This document shows, piece after piece, positions 40,610 to 52,234 of a stretch of DNA of 64,000 bases. Numbering within the stretch: the first letter of the stretch is position 1; every line of letters begins with the position of its first letter. Source of the stretch: Balanoglossus misakiensis (Eukaryota; Animalia; Hemichordata); assembly GCA_040954595.2 (NCBI GenBank), contig CM082577.2, positions 13,647,903-13,711,902 on the forward strand, written 5' to 3'. The notes beneath the pieces were generated by a model. It was not told the DNA's origin and made no database searches. It saw nothing but the letters and a program-made list of their open reading frames with translations. The translations under genes were made by a program, and so were the position numbers.

Positions 40610-41419
40610 TTTAATATATAATTCCCCCGTATTTCGAACGAGTGTGCCTGCGTCGCGGACGAGTGATTCCCCGTATAGCGGCCGTATCCCTCCGAACCGC
40701 AGGCGAGGAGGGATACAGCTATACGGGGAATCACGAGTTCGCGACGCAGGTACTCGAGTGAGGAATACGGGGGAATTATATGTTTATCACATACATAGAT
40801 CCGCTAATTTTTATTTTCAAATAAATCTCTTTGTGGTTGCGATAAAATTTGGAACTATTTTGTGCAAAATTGAAGATCGATGTTATGCGGTCTATCTGTC
40901 AGGTGACTCAGGTCACGACCTGGACGATTCTGGTTTTGGCGAGGACCCGTCTATCGCGCATCAGCTGGATTTCATCGTCCGTCACGGTTTCACTGGAGCA
41001 GGAAACCTTTCTTATGCCTTTTGCTTTATGACTAGACCGTTTTGCTCTAATCGTCGCATCAAAATTTTTGCGAATACTCAGTTTTGTACCTGTCGCTCGT
41101 TCGACAGCGCGACGACATTGGCTCAGCACTGACGACCTCGCGACAGTTTTGGTGCGATAAAAATGTACACAGGTAAAACTAATCGTCGATCGTCCATATT
41201 TACACATACGAAACATTTTATTTATCTTTGCTTATTTTTAATATCGAAATAAAACGAACAATTGAACTAAATTTTGTCGCCCTAAGAGGACTTTGTTTAC
41301 AAGTTTAAAATAGTTCCGTTTGGTGACGTCAGAGGGATGAGTATTACAATAATGCTTGGTGCAAATGTACCTACGTCTGACGTCATACTATGGTATATGC
41401 GGAGCTATGTATGTGATAA
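40610..41419 (+). mobile_element. Crypton-like non-autonomous insertion with terminal hairpin 40616-40781
   Basis: Absent from the paralogous copy near 1075-1085; begins with a long imperfect palindrome centred on ccctccgaaccgcaggcgaggaggg. Confidence 0.65.
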
Positions 41420-43238
41420 AATTGCAGATACGAGTAATATGCACAACATGTTAACTAATATTTACAATAAACTACAAACTAAACTCGAGCGTGACCAGGT
41501 GACCAAACAAAATTCCTAACATGTTCAAAGTCTCATAAACAGGTCGGTGACTCGGCGCACGACGATACTGGCCTTTCACTCGACGCACAACAATTCTGGC
41601 CTTTCTGTCCGTTTTACGCCATTGTACAATTAGAGACAGCCACGTAGTACCTCAAATGCAGTTCCGCCGTGTAGTCCACAGACAGCCACGTATTACCTCA
41701 AATGCAGTTCCACAGTGACACGGAGACGCGCTCCCTCAGGACGGCTCCCAAATTCCACGCGGCGTCCTCGAAAACATCCACCACGGCATCACCAAGTCCC
41801 TTCGGCAGTGTCAATCTTCAGCTACCACAGTAGACAGACAAACTCCGTAAGGTGGGTCTCCCAAACTCCGTGACAATGCGACGACACAGCTACCAGACCA
41901 GAATCAAAATGAGCCACACGACAACATGGCACTGGGTGGCTTTCATACGATCAAAAACTAACACCTGGTCACGCTAATATGTTAAATAAAGAAATCAACA
42001 TAGGTCCACCTGGCCACGAAACAAAACAAATAATAAACTTCATCACAGTAAGCAACTCTACTAAGTCTAAAATAGCCCCATGCAGAGACGTGATATGTCA
42101 CACTGCTTACACCTCACAAAGTCCAGGCATGATAGGGAAGTAAATAGACAAAAACTGGAAAATGAGTTGAACTAACAGAAAACAACAAGAATCGCGCCTA
42201 TAGAGACCTCTGGCATCGCAGGTTACTCAAATGGACAAGATCATAACCTGCATTTGACAGGACTTACGAAATAACTAACGATTTTTGTGCTAATTGTTAA
42301 CAAAAGCGGTTGTGCCGTTTTGGTCAAACTCGACATTAATTTCCTCAATCGTTTTCCACAAACATCAACAGGCAGACACAGTGTTCACTTAGACATCACG
42401 TCATCAAAGCCTGCCCACATCAAGGTTGTATATTTCAAGTTGATTATTAACACTTTATATAGAGCCCGTTAATAGTTTACCAAAGTGTCCCGGCGTGGTC
42501 ATCTTTATGGTGATCTATAAATGTGGCATTCTGACCTGGTGACCCTGCCCTGGATTAAAGAACGCAAATACAAATCAGTCACGACTCACAGAATTGTTTT
42601 GACAGCAACGGAATCTAGCCCTGGTCCTGACCACTACATACAGGTCTAGATAGTTCCGTTCGCGCGGATTATTTTCTACCACTACAATCTACCATATTCT
42701 TCTTGCAGTTCTGTGACCATACAAATTCTATAAAGTAACACTTACACACGGTTCGATCAGATGTTTTACTCAACTTCCGAATGGTTGGCTTTTCGAATAG
42801 AGACGAATTTTGACTGTACAATTGTACATTTGTCCGATGCTTAGCGTTTGTTGAATGCATATATTTTAAATTGTCTTCCAATATGAATATTTGTGGTTAC
42901 ATAGAAAAGTAAGACCCCGGCCATGTCAGGAAAGGCGGCACAGTATCGATATGTATTCATTGCCTAGAGGACAGTATAGTTAGGTTGGTCACAGTATTAT
43001 TGGAGTGAATTTGAGACAGTCTGTCCTAGTACCTGTATGTAAAAGTCTGCAGTCCTGGAAAAAAAATCAAGGACAAGTGACAGGGCCGGAGCTGATTAGT
43101 TTTACTGCAAACTGAAATATTGCTTCTCACACTTCTGTAATCACAGTTGGCGCATATAAAATTAATTAATATATAACCGTGTTAATATATTTCAGGATTT
43201 GTTTGCACATCCCGAGGATTCCTGTTAAGAAGATCATC

Positions 43239-43371
43239 ATGTTATCTCTAGCCCGACTTATATTAACTACTTATATTCTTACCTGCCTCGTTTTGTGTCG
43301 CAAAGTATCTCCATTAATGCAAGCGAAGCATCACACCACTAATGACCAAATGGATGCCTTAACGAGCAAAG
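43239..43371 (+). CDS. Exon 1 of GT4/TRADD-N/ZU5 gene: signal-peptide-like N-terminus
   Basis: ATG in atcatcATG; MLSLARLILTTYILTCLVLCRKVSP hydrophobic leader; AAG|gtaagt donor, phase 1, in frame with exon 50320. Confidence 0.6.
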
Positions 43372-43577
43372 GTAAGTACTGCAGCTTAATTCTTTGAATA
43401 ATTAAAGTAACCGCTGGAGTTTTGTGATAGGGTCGTATGTATGTAAAGTAGTACCAATCAACGCGTTCGCATGCATAACACTGCAGTGTGTTATTGTTTG
43501 ATTGATAATAGACTCAGGATTAGTCGCGTGATAGCGACCGGGGGGACAAGTAAATGCACACGGATGAGCGTGTGCAT

Positions 43578-43579
43578 GC

Positions 43580-43610
<31 letters not shown>

Positions 43611-43696
43611 TGTATGTATGTATGTATGTATGTATGTATGTATGTATGTATGTATGTATGTATGTATGTATGTATGTATGTATGTATGTATGTATG

Positions 43697-43735
<39 letters not shown>

Positions 43736-43769
43736 ATGTATGTATGTATGTATGTATGTATGTGCATGC

Positions 43770-43800
<31 letters not shown>

Positions 43801-43840
43801 TGTATGTATGTATGTATGTATGTATGTATGTATATATGTG

Positions 43841-43872
<32 letters not shown>

Positions 43873-43903
43873 TGTATGTATGTATGTATGTATGTATGTA
43901 TGT
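43578..43903. repeat. (TATG)n/(TG)n microsatellite, left flank of the Penelope element
   Basis: Seen directly. Confidence 0.98.
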
Positions 43904-43941
43904 ATAAAGAAGGGTAGTAGGAGAAACGGGAGGCGGTAAAA

Positions 43942-43988
43942 TCTCTACAACGCTGTTTCGTGAGTCACTAGACTCACTCATCAGGAGA
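43942..43988 (-). ncRNA. Minimal type I hammerhead ribozyme in the 3' pLTR
   Basis: Minus strand reads UCUC-CUGAUGA-GUGAGUC-UAGU-GACUCAC-GAAA-CAGCGUUG-UA/GAGA: full catalytic core, stems I-III, GUA cleavage triplet. Confidence 0.88.
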
Positions 43989-44127
43989 CTAATCTGGCGA
44001 AAATGCAAGGGGAAGGCGCGTTTTTATGCAGGTACACAGGTGGTGGAATGTAGGTTGGGGTGGGCCGTTTTGCATAACAATGTGTATGGCTGGTGATATG
44101 CATGTGTTGTGTGGGGAGTTTCTAGAT

Positions 44128-44601
44128 TTAGTTGTTGCGTAACAATGCTTTGTGTCTGTGTCGACAAGAGGACACAAGTTCGTTTCTTTTATTAAGTGTG
44201 GAAATTTCTGGGTTGCGAATGATAATAAATTTCTCTGTTAAGCAGAGGTTGCACCGTTTGGTTGCGCTGTTGTATAGCTTGGCTTTGGCTAGAATTTTCC
44301 ATGAAATAGTGTGGGCGATGTTGTTGTCCTTCAGAGTCCAAATATGTTTGCTGAGTTCGGTGGAGTTCCTGGAGCGTGCGAGTCGGAAAGATGAAGTGTG
44401 GTTTCTGTATCTTGTTTTGAAGTCGTTCTCGGTTAGTCCGACGTATGTATCAGAGGTGTTGTTGTCTGTGCGCGTAACTGTGGCCTGGTAGATGACGGAG
44501 TTTTGGAGGCAGTTACCGTCGAGCGGGCATTTGTCCTTTTGTCGGCAGTTGCAAGTCTTGGTGTTGTCGCTCTCGTCTGTGTTGTTGTCGTGCGATTTCA
44601 A
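44128..44601 (-). pseudogene. Penelope/Naiad GIY-YIG endonuclease domain
   Basis: TCNCRQKDKCPLDGNCLQNSVIYQATV...YVGLTENDFKTRYRNH...CNLCLTEK...LNKRNEL...CRH. Confidence 0.92.
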
Positions 44602-45685
44602 GATGCGTTTGTTGTGGTTGTCGATGATCTGCGCTTCGTGTTGTTCATACAGCTGTAGCTAATTTTCAGCGTGTTCCTGTTGAATATTTTCCTGAGTTTG
44701 TTGTCTTGCGGGAAGCATTTGTCTATGAGAAGGAGGAATTTCTGTCCGATGTTGGTGCTGACGTTTTTGCTGAATGGGGGGTTGTACCAGATGATGTTGT
44801 TTCTTTGTATGTCTCTTCTTTTATTCGTGGTGGTTGTTGGTTCGTAGCGTAAAGTGTATTGGTATCCGCTGGCGTCGAGTGCTTTTTGGTATGGCGGGGC
44901 GGCTTGGTCGGATGATAGCTGGGAGAGTCGCTTGTTGATTCCGGCTGGTATGTTCTTGGTGATGCTGGTGGGGTGGTTGCTTTCGCCGTGGACATATTGG
45001 AGTGTTGTGTTGGGCTTTGTGTAGGGTTGGTATGTGTTTCTGGCCAGGTTGAATGTGACGTCGAGGAAGTTGATGACTTGTTTGTTAGCTTCGATGGTGA
45101 TTTTGAGACCGTTGATTTTGAATATTCGGCAGATTTCTTTCTTTATGTTTTCTGTGGATCTCGGGGTGGCGTCTGTGATGGCTAGTCCGTCGTGTCTGTA
45201 TAGTCCGATGTTGTTGCCGAATTTATTCTGTAGCTGGGAGAGGAGGAAGCTGCCTACCAGTTCGCATGTTTCCGCACCGTCAAAACTGCCCATGGTGACA
45301 TCGAATGGCTTGGTGCTTTTCGTCTGCCATGATTGTTGTTTTTGTGTTAGAAGGGCGTTTTTTACGTGGATGACGATGTTGCGTTCATCGGTAGTTATGT
45401 TGTCGTAGGCGGAGGCGAAGTCAAGTGCTTTGTTGAGGTTTTCGCTGATGGAGGGGTAGAATCCTCGATGTCGAAGCAGATAAAGTTGCATTTTTCCTTG
45501 TTTTTGATGAGTTTGAACTATTAGACTACAGCTGATGTGTTTTTCCATTGGTTGACCTCGGTGGATGCTGTGATTTTCTTATTTATACGGTCGAGGATTT
45601 CTTTGCTGATTTTGCCTATTTCTGATTTGGTCGGGTTGATCAATCTGCAGGTGGGTTTGTTGGCAAAATTCGGTTTGTGGTCTTT
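44598..45685 (-). pseudogene. Penelope/Naiad reverse transcriptase (frameshifted, YRDD mutated to YRHD)
   Basis: [51 protein letters not shown]. Confidence 0.9.
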
Positions 45686-48600
45686 TGTATCACCCCAATA
45701 TGTAATAATTAACCCAATATGTAATACTAACCCAATATGTAATAACGCCTTAACCCAATATGTAATACTAACCCAATATGTAATAACACTTAACCCAATA
45801 TGTAATACTAACCCAATATGTAATAACACTTAACCCAATATGTAATAAACTTTAATTCTACATGTAATAAACGTTATCAGCTAGCTGCATATGTAATAAG
45901 CGTTAACCCTATATGTTATAAACTTGAATTTTACATATAATAAACGTTTTCAGTTAACCCTATATGTAATAAACGCTAACCCTATATGTAATAAACTTTA
46001 GTTCTACATGAAATAACGTTAATTCTACATGAAAAAGTACGTTATACGCTAACCCTATATGTAATAAACTTTAGTTCTACCATAGACCCTAGAGAAAGAA
46101 GGACGCGCAACTGCGGCAAAGATCAAAGGGTTTCTTTTGCATATAATTAACACCTAGGACTGTGGCATGTGTGAATCTCCACTTTGGCATGCGTCGATGT
46201 CATTAGCATATCATTAACATATCACCAAAAAATAAACGCAACTCTGTGATGCGCGACAGTAACCAAAACTGGCACTCCTATTTCAGCAGCCACTGCGTTT
46301 TTTTTCTAAAATTCAAAAAGTATTACGTTGTCTGTGCTATTTATTATGGTTTGGTGTTCGTCTGTCGGTTGAACGGTCATTTCTAGTGCCACAAGCTTCA
46401 TTTAAAAATTGTAAACAAATCATCCATGTTTTTTGCATGTCCGACTGGGCACTCATACTTCTTGGTAATGCTGACACTTTTCGTAATAATTTTATGTTTG
46501 CGTGAAGCATTGAAACAAAAATTGTGGTTTAGGGGCATTTTATTTCGCAGTGAGTGAACAATAAACAGATTTCACGAAAACAATTTGTAAACAAACTGGG
46601 TGGATTTTCACGTGTGCGCTATGGCCGCCATCTTGGTTTTTCATGGTTGACGACAGCAGGCAACCCTCGGTACGGTTAGCTCACAGCCTTGTCAAATACC
46701 GACTCTGTTAGACAAAAGATGCTTGATTTGGACGCTGTAAGACTCAGAAGTGCCAAATTCGTGTTTAACTTGTCCAGATGTGTTCCATAAATGATCGCTG
46801 CAGTTCAACCGCGTTGCAGTTTTCTCATCTCCTGCGAGATGTTTGTGATAACTTCACGCAAAACGCGAGACTTTGCGTTAGTTTATACATAGTTTATTTG
46901 CAAATTGGATTATTGGGGATTATCCGGAAATAATGTATGCAAAAGAACATCGTTTCAAGATAAACCTGGAGTTGCGCGTCCTTCTTTCTCTACGGTCTAT
47001 GGTTCTACATGAAATAACGTTAATTCTACATGAAAAAAACGTTATTAGTTAACCCTATATGTAATAAACGGTAACCCTGTATGTAATAAACTTTAACCCA
47101 ATATGTAACACTAACCCAATATGTAATAACACTTAACCCAATATGTAACACTAACCCAATATGTAATAACACCTTAACCCAATATGTAACACTAACCCAA
47201 TGTGTAATAACACTTTAACCCAATATGTAATACTAACCGAATATGTCATAACACCTTAACCCAATATGTAATACTAACCCAATATGCAATAACACTTAAC
47301 CCAATATGTAATAAACTTTAATTCTACATGTAATAAACGTTATCAGCTAGCTGCATATGTAATAAGCGTTAACCCTATATGTTATAAATAACAATCTGTG
47401 ATATCACAGATTGGGTTTGTAAATGTATGAGGCGTTCCCCTTCTGGCTCCCCTGCCTTCCCCATCTCTTCTTCCTTTGTCTTTCCTTCCCCCCTCTTTTG
47501 CACTCGTCACCTGGCGTCCCCCCTCTACTCATTTGCATATCCTTTGTCTTATCCTCTAATTGCTCTCTCAATCTCCTCAGTTAGCGTCTTTGCCCTGGCT
47601 TCCATTGGAGTTCCAACTGTGAGCCACAACTCACAGCTCATTGTGCCTTCCACCTGGGCCGACTCTACACCGTCCGTCCCCCAGGACCCCCACCATTGGA
47701 CAGCACTACTTCCGGTGCCTCCGATGGATTCCCCCGGGATAAATGTGGGGAATTAGCCCGGTTGTTGCAGTCCCCGGGTGGGTGGATCCATATACTAACA
47801 GCCGATAGTAATAGTTTTGCGAAATATAGCATAAAGGTAGAGGTTCAAACAACAAAAATATACCTTGATTTCATGTGGATGTAAAGGTTAGGTAAATCTA
47901 TCACTATGTTAACTTTACCAGGACTATCAAATGTTACTGGAACTTGCAAGTAATTCCTTGAAGTATGTTAAACAATAGGGTTTCCCCCTCTATCACCACC
48001 TCTATTGAAAATAGATGAAATAATATTATGGTCTTTTCTCGTAAAAAAAATACAAGCGACCGTTATTACATATTAGGTTAATGAAAAACATTGAGTTTAG
48101 TTTTAAAACATGTTTAGTAAGGATTCTAATTCATATTCAGATATAATTTCATATTGATTTGGTGTATTTCATTTAGCTTAGCATTAAAATACATTAGGGC
48201 AGTGTTATTACATATTGGGTTAAGGTGTTATTACATATTGGGTTAGTAATACATATTGGGTTAAGGTGTTATTACATATTGGGTTAAGTGTTATTACATA
48301 TTGGGTTAGTGTTACATATTGGGTTAACGTTTATTACATATAGGGTTAACGTTTATTACATATAGGCTTAACTAATAACGTATTTTTTCATGTAGAATTA
48401 ACATTATTTCATGTAGAACTTAAGTTTATTACATATAGGGTTAACGTTTATTACATATAGGGTTAACTAATAACGTTTTTTCATGTAGAATATGACAGAA
48501 CTTCATGACCTCTGCGCGCGATCTGTGCGGTATGGATATTATTTTCATGAGTGAGAAGGTGTATTCTTCCGAGTATTTTTACGAGCGACAGCGATAATCG

Positions 48601-49188
48601 CATCGGCAATATTTGAGAAACTGGCGATAGCGAGGGATATTCCGAGGTTCCCAAACATACTGCCAATTAATGTTTTGTTATTCTGACAAAATTTGGGAAG
48701 GATAAGACAATGGCGTCTCCGAATGTTGAAAATTCCCCACGTTTCGGCGATCATACTCCAGCTCTGCCGACGGCGTTCAATGTTTACAAACAAAACGTAG
48801 TCCGGCTTGTTTTTACTCATTTGCATATGGGTTGTGAAAAATACCACTTTGTCACGCGCACAACTAAAACAACAATCGGCTTTTTTGTGACTGAAATAAA
48901 ACTTTTGTTATATCCTCCGGAGGTTTATATGAACTCCAAGTGATTGTGTAACAGAACGAGGGTTAAACTTTGAAAGATACGATCGATTGAAGGGGAAATA
49001 GGGGATCTTATTCTTCTGGATGCTCATTTGCATATGAGCTCGCAAAAATACCAGAATTATTTTTGCACGGCCCGCTTGGAATACTGTAGTACATATGCAA
49101 TAATTAACGTTATTTCATGTAGAATTAAAGTTTATTACATATAGGGTTAACGTTTATTACATATAGGGTTAACTGAAAGCGTTTATAT
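45686..49188. mobile_element. Foldback-like insertion with inverted TAACCCAATATGTAATA minisatellite arms
   Basis: Arrays read TAACCC(A/T)ATATGTAAT on + at 45690-46080 and 47010-47390, and the complement at 48200-48490 and 49100-49188; GTCTTT duplicated at 45680-85 and 49189-94; removal restores Penelope ITLKDHKPNF. Confidence 0.8.
46081..47001. mobile_element. P-superfamily-like non-autonomous element nested in the minisatellite
   Basis: ~32-bp TIR catagaccctagagaaagaaggacgcgcaact / agttgcgcgtccttctttctctacggtctatg; 7-bp TSD GTTCTAC at 46074-80 and 47002-08; CATAG termini. Confidence 0.8.
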
Positions 49189-49711
49189 GTCTTTCAGGGT
49201 TATGAATGTGTCTTTGTTGGCCGTGATGTCTATTCTGTCATCGATGTCAAGTTTCATTGCGATGTGTTTGTTATCGTTGTGGACTGCTTGGGTAGTAGCG
49301 GGGTTGGCTTTTTTGTATGATTTGGTGATATTGCGTTCTAACAGGTCGTTGTAAGTCGGGGGTCTAGCTTGTAGAAGTTTGTGGTTTTGTCTGCAGCGAT
49401 AAGTAGTTTGGTTTCTTTCTTGATACATTGGGCGTCATCTTTTAGCTTGTTAAGGAATGGGTTGCTTACTTGTTTGAATTTTGTAGACTGTATTATGTTG
49501 AGCATGCCGTCTTCGAATTCTTTCAGTTCGTCGATTGGGGGTGGGTTCTTTGTGGACTTGAAGCCGTACGTCTGTTTGCAGGATGAGGCGGGGTTCGGGT
49601 GAAGGAAGAAGTGGGCTTTCCATCGTGCTCTGCGTAGAAACTGCTCTGTCTTCTCGATAAGGCGGTGCAGGTATTCTTTTCTAGATGGTAGCCGGTGTTG
49701 AATTTCTCCAT
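49189..49711 (-). pseudogene. Penelope/Naiad ORF N-terminus
   Basis: MEKFN.. then PSRKEYLHRLIEKTEQFLRRARWKAHFF, YGFKS, ADKTTNFY, FITLKD; frameshifts. Confidence 0.88.
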
Positions 49712-49848
49712 GTCGGGTAATCGTAGAGTGCTCGACAAGTGCTAGACTGGAGCGAAATATACGAAGTATGCGGTTCGACTGGTCCGATTCCACCACCTGT
49801 GTACCTGCATAAAAACGCGCCTTCCCCCTTGCATTTTCGCCAGTTTAG

Positions 49849-49895
49849 TCTCCTGATGAGTGAGTCTAGTGACTCACGAAACAGCGTTGTAGAGA
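49849..49895 (+). ncRNA. Minimal type I hammerhead ribozyme in the inverted 5' pLTR
   Basis: tctc CTGATGA gtgagtc tagt gactcac GAAA cagcgttg TA gaga; predicted cleavage after 49891. Confidence 0.88.
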
Positions 49896-49990
49896 TTTTA
49901 CCGCCTCCCGTTTCTCCTACTACCCTCTTTATACTCCGCTCTACTCTTGTATTTAGCACTTTGTATCGGACCAGTCGAACCGCATACCTT

Positions 49991-50097
49991 GTATGTATGT
50001 ATGTGTATGTATGTATGTATGTATGTATGTATGTATGTATGTATGTATGTATGTATGTATGTATGTATGTATGTATGTATGTATGTATGTATGTATG
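49991..50097. repeat. (TATG)n microsatellite, right flank of the Penelope element
   Basis: Seen directly. Confidence 0.98.
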
Positions 50098-50319
50098 CAA
50101 GCATGCGTGCGTGTCTTCGTGCGTGCGTGCAATTATGTATGGACGTATGTATGGTACATTGGGCAGAAAAATACAAAAATTGAATGGGAACGTAGAACAA
50201 AATCACTAAACAAATTGAATATCCTCCTGATCCCCTGGAAGTAATGTCGGGACATTTCCTTACGTCAGGAAAATATACATTCACTGAAATATGTTTTCTC
50301 CAATTTCTATAATTATTAG

Positions 50320-51597
50320 GGACTGGCGTCCTGATAACTGGTACTGAGTGGTGGTCACGATCGGGAGACTTTTTCTGGAACATCGTTCAAAAAGATTTGG
50401 TCACACAGCTGACAAACAGCGGGTATGATGTTTATATCACTGTGTTTGAACCTTCTGAAGATGAAATCGCGGATGCTAAAAATAATAAAGTTAACTTAAT
50501 CATCGGCAATGCAAACACACCCGGGACAATAACACTTTCGCATCAAGAACGTCTTATGCTCCACAAACACTTCTTTCCGGATCTTGACAAATTGAACAAC
50601 ATCTCAGTAGTTATCGGGTGTGCAAACAACGAAAGACTTGCCATGGCCGCTCGCAGTATACATGAGACGATATTTACGAAAACCAGTTTAATACTAGTTA
50701 TCAACTACATACCCGAGGACGCTGACTTGAATCCCGATTGCGTTGAAGAACGTGAAGAAGAGATTCTAGAATATGCTGAAAAGGCACGGTTCATCATCTC
50801 AATAGGTCCAAGAATATATAAGCATTTCAAAAATAAATTTCGCGCAGGCATACAAACAGAACATATCCAAATCATCCCACAGGTCGACAATATGTTGTTA
50901 GACATGAATATTCGTTCGGCGTCATTAGAGGACACCATTGAGATTTTAACATTCGATTTTTCATCAAAGAACACCGAAGAATGTACTAAAAACTTGGGGA
51001 TTTCTGCTCTGACAATTGGTAAAATTGCAAATGATTTTGAAAATTCAAAATATATCAAGTGGAAAATTCGAGGACTCCATCCACCAATCTCAACCGATTG
51101 CAAGAAAAGTCTACAGAACATTTCTAATTCTCGATTCTTATCCATTCATCCGTACAACTTAGAAGGAAGCATCATGCCAAAGGCTGTAAGAGATTTTCAA
51201 CAATGTCATTTGCATTTATTTGCCCCTAAAAACGACCCATTTGGTATACTCAGTTTTATGTCGAGCGCTGCTGGTGTACCTACATTAAGTACTGTGCATT
51301 CAGGATTTTCTGAATTTGTTCAAAAGAACATGACACATCATTTTAAAACTGTTGTTGTCGATAAGCTTGGAATTAATGATGACGAGAAACAAGCGGCAGA
51401 GATCTGGTGGAGTAGGCTGGAAGGAATACTAAGTCACGAATCCCAGTATACAGCATTTTGTGAGAATGCGAAGAAACTTCAGGAGGACTTGAAACGGTGC
51501 ATACGAAATGGAATAATCGCCATGTACTGGGAAACGTTTTTGGACATGGTGAAATGTGAAGTTCATGGGAAGTTGTATCAAAAAGGTAATATCGAAG
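50320..51597 (+). CDS. Exon 2: GT-B fold family-4 (conflict-type) glycosyltransferase-like domain
   Basis: Acceptor ttattag|, open 1278 nt, phase 1-1, donor GAAG|gtaaga; GVLITGTEWWSRSG..., ILEYAEKARFIISIGPRIYKHF, KAVRDFQQCHLHLFAPKNDPFGI...AAGVPTLSTVHSGFSEF match GT4-conflict motifs. Confidence 0.85.
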
Positions 51598-51797
51598 GTA
51601 AGAAACGGTCATTTCATACTGACAGACAGACAGACAAGACAAGACAAGCAGACTGACAGACGTCTTACATAGGTAGACAGACAGATAAAAAGAGTGTTAA
51701 GAGAGAAAGGTCCACACTAAAAATGAGGAAAAAAATCTTATTTTTAGAAAATGTTTACAGTTTAATGATTTATTGCACTTTTCCTTTGATTTATAAG

Positions 51798-51887
51798 ATT
51801 TCAGATATGGCAGATATCAAAATCATAATGGTCGCAATAAATCACCCCGGTCGACGACATCTAACAATGTTTACTTCACTACAAATG
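51798..51887 (+). CDS. Candidate exon 3: low-complexity linker
   Basis: ttttcctttgatttataag| acceptor, 90 nt open in phase 1 (DFRYGRYQNHNGRNKSPRSTTSNNVYFTTN), AATG|gtaagg donor. Confidence 0.5.
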
Positions 51888-52234
51888 GTAAGGTATATCT
51901 AACTAGTTATAGTAAAACGCTCCCTGTTGCGCTAATTGTTATTTTTCAGCAAGGCATGTGAAATACAAAAGCAGGAAAACTTCTGCTCGTCGTTAGATAG
52001 GCATAATTATAAAATGATTGAAATAACTTCGCCGCTTTCCATTTATTTATTCTCCTGGTACACATAAACCTTCCTCTTTTCGTTGCTAAAACAGTGCCGT
52101 TATTTTGTCAATTTTACCATAAACTTGACCTCCACCTGGTCCAATACTTCATTCGATTCATCTCTTTACGATGGTCCCTTAAAGCTCAATGAGCTGCAAC
52201 TTTAAGGATAATTACCATACCTTTTTTCAAACTG

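Larger units (their letters stand above)
43904..49990 (-). mobile_element. Penelope-like retroelement, Naiad-type, with 3' pLTR and inverted 5' pLTR
   Basis: N-terminus (LIEKTEQFLRRARWKAHF), RT (FDVTMGSFDGAETCELVG, LYRHDG, FLDV), C-terminal GIY-YIG (CNCR..CPLDGNC..VIY..YVG); 43904-44049 is the reverse complement of 49788-49932; flanked by (TATG)n. Confidence 0.92.

Noticed and set aside
43402-44008. ORFs with HTYI/MYVC repeats (also 49681-50244)
   Set aside because: Translations of the (TATG)n microsatellite.
44128-45685. Selenocysteine-recoded Naiad ORF
   Set aside because: The endonuclease cysteines are normal codons, breaks are frameshifts rather than in-frame TGA, and no SECIS was recognised.
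45521-45833. ORFs with LLHIG/ITYW/NPICN repeats
   Set aside because: Read-through from the minisatellite insertion; only the part below 45686 is Penelope RT.
50705-51145. 146-aa minus-strand ORF and other antisense ORFs over Gypsy and Penelope coding regions
   Set aside because: Shadow ORFs of real coding sequence on the opposite strand.
51805-51887. Alternative acceptor (ttcag) for exon 3
   Set aside because: Gives 83 nt and shifts the frame of the TRADD-N exon; the 51798 acceptor keeps phase.
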